NCBI GenBank assembly: GCA_046563655.1
Contig: CM102286.1
Span: forward strand, 8,246,001 to 8,310,000
Direction: 5' to 3'
DNA from: Yuukianura sp. NJ FZ-2021
Lineage: Eukaryota
DNA length: 64,000 bases
Shown here piece by piece: positions 44,922 through 55,704 of the stretch. The notes beneath the pieces were generated by a model. The model was given only the letters and a program-made list of their open reading frames with translations. It did no database searches and was not told where the DNA came from. Each line of letters begins with the position of its first letter. Position 1 is the stretch's first letter. The translations under genes were made by a program, and so were the position numbers.

Positions 44922-45771
44922 TGATTGCGGATTGAGAATGGTTTCAGAACTGATGATTGCTAGTCTCAAAACTCGCTGTTTAAGTAGCACACAAAACAAT
45001 GCTTGAAAAATTATATTTAAAAATTTTCAAAAACGTTTTTCTTGAGAACCGGTGTTTTGAAAAGAAACTTTTAAGTAAAAACGTTTTTCTATAGAAAAGA
45101 CGCTTCCAAGAATTTCAACGTCTAAAAAACTATTTTAAAAAATTTCAAAAAACGTTTCTCTAAAGAAAAGTATTAAGAACTTTTTTTAATCCTTTAGCAA
45201 AAATCCAAAAATAGTAATAACATTGACCCCAGTTTTGTATCTAAGTACTTGTCACGTATTAACCACAAGCGTTGACCCGTGTAGTATTCGAACCAGCGAC
45301 CGTAGAGAAGTAGGTACAAGCACTTATACACTAGGCTAGAGTCAATGTTCGAAATTTCTATGAAAAAATTTCATTACTTGTTTTTTCGACTTTTCGACTT
45401 TTTTTTTTGTTTTTTGATATTTTTTGTCGACATTTTTGTTTGTGATATTTTATCATTTTTGCTATTTCCTCTCCATAACCTAACCTTACAGTAGTAGAGT
45501 GGCGCATAGGTTCTCAGTCATACGTGTGCTATAAATAAATGAGGCGGTTTGATACACAAGCATTCTACTGCCAGGTCTAGCAAAGACTAGCCTGCCCGCT
45601 CCCAGGCGAGGGACTTAGTCCACCCCTCAGGTCACCGAGGTCAGTTGATGGTTCACTTCCCTACGTCTGTCCTTGTATGAGTGAAGTAACAATCATTTTT
45701 GATTTCATTTTTGCACTTGTGCATTTTATTTTGATTTTTGGATTTGAACTGAGATTCAAATCGGAGGCCAG

Positions 45772-46352
45772 TGTTGAGAATTACTCAGCATATCCCAAAT
45801 GGGAATAGAAATAATTTTAATATCAATTTGAAATGGGTTTAGGTTTAACGGAAATTGAAAGTAGAATTAAGTTTTAACTTAGAAGTTAATTTGACCTCAG
45901 AAGAGAGGAGAAGAGAATTTAATGTAAGATGAGATGAGAAGTGTTCAAAGGGTTAATTTAATCCACTTGTGTGGAATCAAAGGGAAAGGGTTAGCATCTA
46001 CTATTAATGTGAAAATACTATTAGTGTACTACTGACATGCGCATTAGAGTTGGGATAGTATGTGTATGTAAAAGTCAACACTCTCTCAATCTTTTCTCAA
46101 GTTAAAATCAACGCTTTTCTCTCCCTCTTTTTTACACACACAAAAAGTACAAGAAAAGAAGAGAGTCTCCTACTAGCCTTTGCAGAGGCAGCAACTAACA
46201 CATAGATTCTCACCTGTCACTTCTCATTTTAGTCACTTTTCAATTAGCAATTTTAGAGAGTAATGTTAGTTTTCAAGTTCTATTATTAAATAAATCAATC
46301 AATACGAAATCGTTCAGTGTTCAGAATCTGGCATTCCATCCAACAATCTTCA
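45772..46352 (+). repeat. 3' LTR of BEL/Pao element
   Basis: Direct repeat of 31410-31990, followed by TSD GATGC. Confidence 0.97.
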
Positions 46353-46357
46353 GATGC

Positions 46358-47647
46358 AAAGTTTGTCAGATACATAGAGTGCGCAGAGGGCGTGAGCAAG
46401 GTCACATGCAAGACTTTGACGAGGTCACGACCCCATTTGAGAGGGTGGGCGTTGACTTCATTAGCCCTATGGTGAAGTCCAGGGGTAGGGAGAATAAATA
46501 TGCGCTCATATTTATTGATCACTTCTCCCGCTACGTTGAGTCCGTAGCAGTCACCCACGCTACCGCTGAGCGCGTTGTAGCTAATATAAAAGATAAGATA
46601 ATTCTTAGGCATTCGTTGCCTAAAGAATTTGTTTGTGACCAAGGTCGTCAGTTCATTGCCGACTTAGTGAAACAGGCAAAAGAGGAGCTGAAGTTCAAGG
46701 TCAACTTCACGTCTCCCTTCCATCCTCAGTCAAACGGAATGACTGAGCGATGTAATCAGACCTTGAAGAAAATAATTGCCAAATATGCTAATCCTAGTCA
46801 GGACAACTGGGATGAATGTTTAGCATCGGCAACATTTGCCTATAATGTGAGTAGGCAAGAGACTACAGAGTATTCGCCATTTTACTTAGTGCATGGGCGA
46901 GAGGCTAGGCTTCCATTTGACATGGATTTACCTAGTTGCTCTGAAAATGATCGTAGGGATGAGTTCCCTAGAGACCTGGAAGCTGCTCGCTTCCGTGCTG
47001 CCTTGAACTCTAGGAGAGTTCATGAAAAGTCAAAAGTTCGTTTTGACAGAAGTAAAGAAAATGTTAATTTTAACATTGGCGATAAGGTACTGCGCTCAGT
47101 GCCAGTACGTAAGAAAGGTTTGTCGCAATGATTACTTGCACAAACTAAAGGTCCCTATGTGGTGACTAAGAAGACATCGGCAGTTAACTACCAAATCAAA
47201 TTGATTGGTAGTAGTAGGAAGCCGATTATTGTGCATGTTAGGGAATTGTTTAACTTTCGTAGTGAATTCAATTCCAGTTCAGATGAAGAATTTGTTTCTT
47301 CAAAAATTAAGAAAAAGAAGCGTACTAGAAAGATTAGTTCTTCTAGTTCTTCTCTATCGGAATTAGAAATTCCAATTAAGACTCAGACTGAAAGGAAGAG
47401 GAATGCTAATTCCTCAGAATCAATGAAAAGTCCCGTTAGACTTAGTGTCAACGTGGACTCGGACTCTGCCACTGACGAAGGGGACATTAGTAAAATGGTC
47501 CATGTCCAGCAGCCAACTCCGTCAGTTGTGGTCAAGAAGGACAAGAAGAAGGAAGCCAAGAAATCTCCAGTACAACTGAGAAGGTCAACCAGGGTCATCC
47601 GAAAACCAGCAAGGAAACATGGATCGAGAGAGGGAGTTACTTGGTGA
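46358..47647 (+). pseudogene. pol: Gypsy A pol, integrase core and C-terminus (in-frame TGA at 47129-47131)
   Basis: GVDF, CDQG and GMTER integrase motifs. The same frame continues past the stop as LLAQTKGPYVV and a Ser/Lys-rich tail to 47647. Confidence 0.93.
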
Positions 47648-48257
47648 AGATGATGTGGAGATGCCGGAGCAACCAGCAGAGGGAATCGCTGAAATTAATC
47701 TTGCTGACGATAGTGATGATGACGAAGCTGCCGTAGTGCCTGCAGGAGCAGTCCCCGCTCCCGTGATTCCAGCTCCCGTGATTCAAGCTCCCGTGATTCA
47801 AGCTCCCGTGATTCAAGCTCCCGTGATTCAAGCTCCCGTGACTCAAGCTCCGATCGTCGCTCCAGCCGTCAGAAATCGACGAGGTCACGCTGGAGGTCAG
47901 CGACAAGTTGCGCTCATGCGTGTGAGGCCTCCGCCAGTACGAGGAATGCCGAGATGGCAAGAGTACCGAAACGGGAGGCAGATCGTCATCATCATCAACG
48001 ACGGTCGAGGAGCTCGTACAGCTCGTCGAGGAAGACGAGGAGTTCGTCGTGGTGGTGGGAACGGACGGGGACAAGGACGAGAAAACGAACGTCGTCGGCT
48101 CTGCTACATTTGTCGGGCTCAAGGCCATTTAGCAGCAGACTGTTTGGTTCAACGACCACCTCGACTTCTGCCCCCACCCGGAGCCCCACCGAATCCAAAT
48201 TACATTCCCAATCCCCGTGTCAACGTCGTTGCTGCCGTCCACAACAACAACAATTAA
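47619..48257 (+). CDS. Gypsy A ORF3 (212 aa): acidic N-terminus, APVIQ repeats, Arg/Gly-rich region, CCHC knuckle
   Basis: ATG-initiated ORF overlapping the pol stop, with CYICRAQGHLAADC; ends just before the PPT. Confidence 0.75.
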   Translation: MDRERELLGEDDVEMPEQPAEGIAEINLADDSDDDEAAVVPAGAVPAPVIPAPVIQAPVIQAPVIQAPVIQAPVTQAPIVAPAVRNRRGHAGGQRQVALMRVRPPPVRGMPRWQEYRNGRQIVIIINDGRGARTARRGRRGVRRGGGNGRGQGRENERRRLCYICRAQGHLAADCLVQRPPRLLPPPGAPPNPNYIPNPRVNVVAAVHNNNN

Positions 48258-48295
48258 CAGTCACGAGGTCGTGACTAAAAGAAGCCCGGGAGTAT

Positions 48296-48743
48296 TGTTA
48301 TAGAGTGATTTTTAGTACCGTTAAAAGTTACATTTACAGAGTTTCTAAATGTACATGTTTGTCCCCCCAAGGTCAAATTGTTTGTGTTACTGTTTTTCTC
48401 CCCTAGTCGTAGGAATTAGGCTAATCCAATTAGCGGTTTACCGTTAGGTATTCGATTTGTGTTGGGTTGGAAGATGTGCTTCCACCTACACAAGGTAACT
48501 GTAAATTGTTTTGCTCCAGAGATGTTCTGGAATTCTGAATTCATTCAATTTCCAGCTCTCAGTGAGCTCAAAAGTCTTGTAAAACCTTTCCTTTTACATT
48601 TAATAAATATTTGACTCAATAGCCTCACGGAGGTCAAGGATCGAGGTCAAGAGGTCATTTATTTGGAGTCTTCTGGAGTTCTGGATGGAGACTCGGGCAT
48701 TTTTCCGGTGCGGTTATTGGCTGGAGAATAACGCACCGTAACA
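48296..48743 (+). repeat. 3' LTR of Gypsy A
   Basis: Direct repeat of 19593-20040; preceded by purine-rich AAAAGAAGCCCGGGAG and followed by TSD ATAT. Confidence 0.97.
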
Positions 48744-51700
48744 ATATGTTGAACACTATACGGCAAGATGAACCCAAAGACGAAGTCATGACCACAGGAA
48801 ATCCCTATAACGCATTTATTTGTTCCAAAAACAGCATGAAATGGTAATACTTTAATTTGTTGTTCGTATGTGCAACGGCGGAACACTTTTTGGCTTCAGA
48901 GAATAGAAAACCCCCATAGTGTCACTCAAGGTGCACATGAATAACAATGTGCTATAATAGCTGTACATATGTTGCACAATATTCGGCAAGATGAACCCGA
49001 ACAAGAAGGTAAGACCACAGGAATTCCCTATAACGCATTTGTTTATTCCCCCCACAGCATGAAATTGTATTACTTTATTTGGTTGTTCGTATGTGCAACG
49101 ACGGAACACTTTTTGGTTTCAGCGAATGGAGACCCCTCATAGTGTCACTCAAGGTGCACAGGAATAACAATATGCTATAAAAGCTGAACATAGGTTGCAC
49201 ACTATACGGCAAGATGAACCCAAAGACGAAGTTATTACCACAGGACATCCCTATAACGCATTTATTTGTTCCAAAAACAGCATGAAATTGTATTACTTTA
49301 TTTGGTTGTTCGTATGTGCAACGACGGAACACTTTTTGGTTTCAGCGAATGGAGACCCATCATAGTGTCACTGAAGGTGCACAGGAATAAAAATGTGCTA
49401 TAAAAGATGTAGATATGTTGAATACTATACGGCAAGATGAACCCAAAGACGAAGTCATGACCACAGGAAATCCCTATAACGCATTTATTTGTTCCAAAAA
49501 CAGCATGAAATGGTAATACTTTGATTTGTTGTTCGTATGTGCAACGGCGGAACACTTTTTGGTTTCAGCGAATGGAAAACCCCCATAGTGTCACTCAAGG
49601 TGCACATGAATAACAATGTGCTATAATAGCTGTACATATGTTGCACAATATTCGGCAAGATGAACCCGAACAAGAAGGTAAGACCACAAGAATTCCCTAT
49701 AACGCATTTGTTTATTCCCCCCACAGCATGAAATTGTATTACTTTATTTGGTTGTTCGTATGTGCAACGACGGAACACTTTTTGGTTTCAGCGAATGGAG
49801 ACCCCTCATAGTGTCACTCAAGGTGCACAGGAATAACAATATGCTATAAAAGCTGAACATAGGTTGCACACTATACGGCAAGATGAACCCAAAGACGAAG
49901 TTATTACCACAGGACATCCCTATAACGCATTTATTTGTTCCAAAAACAGCATGAAATTGTATTACTTTATTTGGTTGTTCGTATGTGCAACGACGGAACA
50001 CTTTTTGGTTTCAGCGAATGGAGACCCCTCATAGTGTCACTCAAGGTGCACAGGAATAACAATATGCTATAAAAGCTGAACATAGGTTGCACACTATACG
50101 GCAAGATGAACCCAAAGGCGAAGTTATTACCACAGGACATCCCTATAACGCATTTATTTGTTCCAAAAACAGCATGAAATGGTAATACTTTGATTTGTTG
50201 TTCGTATGTGCAACGGCGGAACACTTTTTGGTTTCAGCGAATGGAAAACCCCCATAGTGTCACTCAAGGTGCACATGAATAACAATGTGCTATAATAGCT
50301 GTACATATGTTGCACAATATTCGGCAAGATGAACCCGAACAAGAAGGTAAGACCACAAGAATTCCCTATAACGCATTTGTTTATTCCCCCGACAGCATGA
50401 AATTGTATTACTTTATTTGGTTGTTCGTATGTGCAACGACGGAACACTTTTTGGTTTCAGCGAATGGAGACCCCTCATAGTGTCACTCAAGGTGCACAGG
50501 AATAACAATATGCTATAAAAGCTGAACATAGGTTGCACACTATACGGCAAGATGAACCCAAAGGCGAAGTTATTACCACAGGACATCCCTATAACGCATT
50601 TATTTGTTCCAAAAACAGCATGAAATTGTATTACTTTATTTGGTTGTTCGTATGTGCAACGACGGAACACTTTTTGGTTTCAGCGAATGGAGACCCCTCA
50701 TAGTGTCACTGAAGGTGCACAGGAATAAAAATGTGCTATAAAAGCTGTAGATATGTTGAACACTATACGGCAAGATGAACCCGAACAAGAAGGTAAGACC
50801 ACAAGAATTCCCTATAACGCATTTGTTTATTCCCCCCACAGCATGAAATTGTATTACTTTATTTGGTTGTTCGTATGTGCAACGACGGAACACTTTTTGG
50901 TTTCAGCGAATGGAGACCCCTCATAGTGTCACTCAAGGTGCACAGGAATAACAATATGCTATAAAAGCTGAACATAGGTTGCACACTATACGGCAAGATG
51001 AACCCAAAGGCGAAGTTATTACCACAGGACATCCCTATAACGCATTTATTTGTTCCAAAAACAGCATGAAATTGTATTACTTTATTTGGTTGTTCGTATG
51101 TGCAACGACGGAACACTTTTTGGTTTCAGCGAATGGAGACCCCTCATAGTGTCACTGAAGGTGCACAGGAATAAAAATGTGCTATAAAAGCTGTAGATAT
51201 GTTGAACACTATACGGCAAGATGAACCCAAAGACGAAGTCATGACCACAGGAAATCCCTATAACGCATTTATTTGTTCCAAAAACAGCATGAAATGGTAA
51301 TACTTTAATTTGTTGTTCGTATGTGCAACGGCGGAACACTTTTGGGTTTCAGCGAATGGAAAACCCCCATAGTGTCACTCAAGGTGCACATGAATAACAA
51401 TGTGCTATAATAGCTGTACATATGTTGCACAATATTCGGCAAGATGAACCCGAACAAGAAGGTAAGACCACAGGAATTCCCTATAACGCATTTGTTTATT
51501 CCCCCCACAGCATGAAATTGTATTACTTTATTTGGTTGTTCGTATGTGCAACGACGGAACACTTTTTGGTTTCAGCGAATGGAGACCCCTCATAGTGTCA
51601 CTCAAGGTGCACAGGAATAACAATATGCTATAAAAGCTGAACATAGGTTGCACACTATACGGCAAGATGAACCCAAAGACGAAGTTATGACCACAGGACA

Positions 51701-53360
51701 TCCCTATAACGCATTTATTTGTTCCAGAAACAGCATGAAATTGTATTACTTTATTTGGTTGTTCGTATGTGCAACGACGGAACACTTTTTGGTTTCAGCG
51801 AATGGAGACCCCTCATAGTGTCACTCAAGGTGCACAGGAATAACAATATGCTATAAAAGCTGAACATAGGTTGCACACTATACGGCAAGATGAACCCAAA
51901 GACGAAGTTATTACCACAGGACATCCCTATAACGCATTTATTTGTTCCAAAAACAGCATGAAATTGTATTACTTTATTTGGTTGTTCGTATGTGCAACGA
52001 CGGAACACTTTTTGGTTTCAGCGAATGGAGACCCCTCATAGTGTCACTGAAGGTGCACAGGAATAAAAATGTGCTATAAAAGCTGTAGATATGTTGAACA
52101 CTATACGGCAAGATGAACCCGAACAAGAAGGTAAGACCACAAGAATTCCCTATAACGCATTTGTTTATTCCCCCCACAGCATGAAATTGTATTACTTTAT
52201 TTGGTTGTTCGTATGTGCAACGACGGAACACTTTTTGGTTTCAGCGAATGGAGACCCCTCATAGTGTCACTCAAGGTGCACAGGAATAACAATATGCTAT
52301 AAAAGCTGAACATAGGTTGCACACTATACGGCAAGATGAACCCAAAGGCGAAGTTATTACCACAGGACATCCCTATAACGCATTTATTTGTTCCAAAAAC
52401 AGCATGAAATTGTATTACTTTATTTGGTTGTTCGTATGTGCAACGACGGAACACTTTTTGGTTTCAGCGAATGGAGACCCCTCATAGTGTCACTGAAGGT
52501 GCACAGGAATAAAAATGTGCTATAAAAGCTGTAGATATGTTGAACACTATACGGCAAGATGAACCCAAAGACGAAGTCATGACCACAGGAAATCCCTATA
52601 ACGCATTTATTTGTTCCAAAAACAGCATGAAATGGTAATACTTTAATTTGTTGTTCGTATGTGCAACGGCGGAACACTTTTGGGTTTCAGCGAATGGAAA
52701 ACCCCCATAGTGTCACTCAAGGTGCACATGAATAACAATGTGCTATAATAGCTGTACATATGTTGCACAATATTCGGCAAGATGAACCCGAACAAGAAGG
52801 TAAGACCACAGGAATTCCCTATAACGCATTTGTTTATTCCCCCCACAGCATGAAATTGTATTACTTTATTTTGTTGTTCGTATGTGCAACGACGGAACAC
52901 TTTTTGGTTTCAGCGAATGGAGACCCCTCATAGTGTCACTCAAGGTGCACAGGAATAACAATATGCTATAAAAGCTGAACATAGGTTGCACACTATACGG
53001 CAAGATGAACCCAAAGACGAAGTTATGACCACAGGACATCCCTATAACGCATTTATTTGTTCCAGAAACAGCATGAAATTGTATTACTTTATTTGGTTGT
53101 TCGTATGTGCAACGACGGAACACTTTTTGGTTTCAGCGAATGGAGACCCCTCATAGTGTCACTCAAGGTGCACAGGAATAACAATATGCTATAAAAGCTG
53201 AACATAGGTTGCACACTATACGGCAAGATGAACCCAAAGACGAAGTTATGACCACAGGAAATCCCTATAACGCATTTATTTGTTCCAAAAACAGCATGAA
53301 ATGGTAATATTTTATTTGGTTGTTCGTATGGGCAACGACGGAACACTTTGATTTCAGTGA
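48744..53360. repeat. 223-bp satellite, right block (~21 monomers), ending in a diverged monomer
   Basis: Resumes in register with the monomer interrupted at 19592 and decays at ~53310-53360. Confidence 0.98.
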
Positions 53361-53362
53361 AT

Positions 53363-53973
53363 TGAAACAAATATTACACCGCTACAAAGTATAAATTTTT
53401 CAGCCTTCCCATGAGCTTCCAGGGATGTTTAATGAAATGAAATTTTTTGGCTGAAAGTTTTAACCGAAACCGTGACCACTTACTTGTCAAGCGTTGCGTG
53501 CAGTCAAGTTACAGTATCGTAAATGCCTAACCAAGCAATGTGGATTTGCATATTAAGGTTAGGGCCAAGTTACCGTAGCAGGTGAAATGACCAAAAAAAT
53601 TTGGCCAAAAGTGAAATGATCAGAAGTGAAAAGGCCAGAATTTAAAAGACCTTAGGTTAGGTTACCTGATTTTTTTTTCCTTTTTGGCCTTTTTTCTGGC
53701 CTTTTCCTTTTTGGTCATTTCACTTTTTGACCAAATCACATGGAACCCAAGTTACAATGATAAATACATTGATGTGAAACAAATATTACACCGCTGCAAA
53801 GTATAAATTTTTGAGCCTTCCCATGAGCTTCCACGGATGTTTAATGAAATCAAATTTTTTGGCTGAAAGTTTTGACCGAAACCGTGAGCACTTACATGTC
53901 AAGCGTTGCGTTCAGTCAAGTTACAGTATCGTCAATGCCTAGCTAAGCAACGTACATTTGCATATTAAGGTTA
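53363..53973. repeat. Diverged ~200-bp direct duplication (53363-53561 / 53775-53973)
   Basis: TGAAACAAATATTACACCGCT…TTTGCATATTAAGGTTA occurs twice, with scattered mismatches. Confidence 0.9.
53574..53746. mobile_element. Small fold-back insertion, possibly a Mutator-like MITE
   Basis: Flanked by the 9-bp direct repeat CCAAGTTAC (53565-53573 and 53747-53755); internal inverted motifs GTGAAATGACCAAAAA / TTTTTGGTCATTTCAC. Confidence 0.55.
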
Positions 53974-54383
53974 TGATTCAATGTTGCCGTAACCTATCAC
54001 TAATTCCAATGTTGCCATAACCTGCCACTAATTCTGTGTCAAAGGTCAACTGGAAAAGGCGGGAAGCACAAGCCCCTTGTTCAGCTATCTTGTTTTCTGA
54101 AATAATTTTTCGTTTTCGGACTCAACATAATTGGTGTAGTCATTCACACAGTAAAATGAAAAATAGTTTTGACAAAAAATAATGTTTGGTTAATTTTGCG
54201 TTGAATACTCTCATTGCTTGCAGTGTCGGAAGGTACAAATGTATTCATCCGATGGGTATAATAGGTCAACTAAGACAAGAGCTTAGATTCTGTAAAATAC
54301 TAGCACTTACTAAATATTTAAAAGCCTATCCTTTAAAAAATCTGGAGTTAGATATTTTCAAGGTGATTTGATTTAAACAACTA

Positions 54384-54564
54384 AAGTCGGGCCGCTCTAA
54401 ATAGACGCTGTGTGTATTGCTGTGTGTATTGCTGTGTGTATTTTTTTTTGCCACGTTTCTTTTGAAACTGCTGAGCGAGGTCCCTGCTGTTTGGCTGCGA
54501 AGGGGTCACAAAAGAAAGGTGGCAAAAAAAATACACAGAGCGTCTATTTAGAGCGGCCCGACTT
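54384..54564. mobile_element. MITE with long terminal inverted repeats
   Basis: AAGTCGGGCCGCTCTAAATAGACGCT…AGCGTCTATTTAGAGCGGCCCGACTT, flanked by TA on both sides; exact ends are ambiguous. Confidence 0.8.
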
Positions 54565-55212
54565 TAGGCACATGTACGCTATGTATAATAAAAAGAAAAT
54601 GTATTGTGTTGTCATAAACACTCAAGAACACAAATTAATTATGTCAGTATCCAATTTAGTACATTACTATGAAATAAAATTGATTCCTTGTCAAACTTTC
54701 CTGCGAGTATCATATATTTATTTTGATACATTGCCCAAAACATAAAATTTGATGGACCACATTCAGAAATATTAAGGGGCCTGAGTCCGGACGAATTTTT
54801 TTTTTCAATATTTGGTCCTCATCTCAAGTCCGGATAAGCGCCAGAGATGAGTTTTGAAGTATGGCACTGTACAGGGCCAACTTCACACATTGTTGGGAGA
54901 AGTGTTGGAAGTCCTACTTGGGCGGCACTTGGGATTGAAAACAAAATGCTTTAATTCCCAGACATCTAAAATTTTATTTGGCCCAACAAACTCCCAAAGG
55001 TGGGTGGGTTCAGTCGGGGTGCCCAAGTTTAATTCGACCAAAGGTGGCGAAGTGTCGAATTTATTGTGTTCAGACTATCAACTAAAACCGAACATTTTCA
55101 GTGACGATTGCAATGTAAGAAATAGCTTTGATGATATTTTCACTGTCACTGCAAAAAGCATTTAAATAACTAAAGAATCTTGCTACAATATATTTTCTTA
55201 GATGTTAATATG

Positions 55213-55704
55213 TCAACGCTTTCCTTCAGCTGCCTTTTTCTCGATCCAGGCTTGCATTTCGGAAATTTGGACAATTCCGTCGCGATTTGTGTCTGCTTCT
55301 TGAGCGAAGTCTTCGTAATTTTTTCCTGCAATGGCTGGCCATTGAACAGACATAAGTTCGTATATTTGTTCAAATTCATTTTTACTGATCGCGCCATCTT
55401 TATTAAGGTCGCACATGTCGGCGTACCATCCAGCTTGAAGGGCAACTGTATGGAGTGACCGCATAAGTCGTTCGTAGTCAGTCAGATTACAGCGCCCCCC
55501 GTGATTCCTGTCAAAGTAGCTTGCGTAAGCTCGATTTTGCTCATCCGTGTTTCCAATTCCTAGAGCCAAGCCAGAGTTGACAGTGTCGTCTGTTCCGATG
55601 GAGTCCGTCACGGGGTCATAGGTTCTGAAAGTCCGTAATTTTGCCAAAACTTTCTGAATTTCGTCTTCAGTATAAGGAATAGACATGTCACGAACCCCTT
55701 CCAT
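55213..55704 (-). CDS. EF-hand calcium-binding protein (163 aa, single coding exon)
   Basis: Two canonical loops, DLNKDGAISKNE and DTNRDGIVQISE, plus degenerate N-terminal loops (YDPVTDSIGTDD, FDRNHGGRCNLTDY). ATG at 55704. Confidence 0.8.
   Translation of the reverse strand: MEGVRDMSIPYTEDEIQKVLAKLRTFRTYDPVTDSIGTDDTVNSGLALGIGNTDEQNRAYASYFDRNHGGRCNLTDYERLMRSLHTVALQAGWYADMCDLNKDGAISKNEFEQIYELMSVQWPAIAGKNYEDFAQEADTNRDGIVQISEMQAWIEKKAAEGKR

Larger units (their letters stand above)
37652..45569. mobile_element. Palindromic non-autonomous Polinton/Maverick-like DNA element (7918 bp) inserted in the BEL 3' UTR
   Basis: Ends AGTAGAATG…CATTCTACT; 5-bp TSD GCCAG (37647-37651 and 45570-45574). Inverted arms 37652-41449 and 41775-45569 surround a 325-bp spacer. 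Encodes a Polinton-type packaging ATPase. Confidence 0.88.
31410..46352 (+). mobile_element. BEL/Pao LTR retrotransposon (~7.0 kb without its insert) nested in the Gypsy A integrase
   Basis: Two 581-bp LTRs (TGTTG…TTCA), 5-bp TSD GATGC (31405-31409 and 46353-46357). Removing it restores Gypsy A FVLGC|KVCQIHR. Confidence 0.98.
19593..48743 (+). mobile_element. Gypsy/Ty3 LTR retrotransposon A (outer element, degenerate; ~6.3 kb after removing nested inserts)
   Basis: Two 448-bp LTRs (TGTTA…TAACA); 4-bp TSD ATAT at 19589-19592 and 48744-48747 within a satellite monomer. Gag, RT, RNase H and integrase occur in Gypsy order. Confidence 0.97.

Noticed and set aside
37652..45569. Inverted duplication as a pure assembly artefact
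   Set aside because: The two ends have different flanks joined by a 5-bp TSD, the arms differ by substitutions, and there is a unique spacer. Read-level confirmation is still advisable.
48259..48276. Hairpin AGTCACGA-GG-TCGTGACT as a terminator
   Set aside because: A short palindrome just before the PPT of a eukaryotic retroelement; there is no basis for a terminator call.
53652..53663. TTAGG motifs as telomere or interstitial telomeric array (also ~59372, ~63171)
   Set aside because: Only two or three units each, mostly within small mobile elements.
54410..54745. 111-aa ORF (likewise 61027-61359)
   Set aside because: Overlaps a MITE, has a non-ATG start and no recognisable domain.
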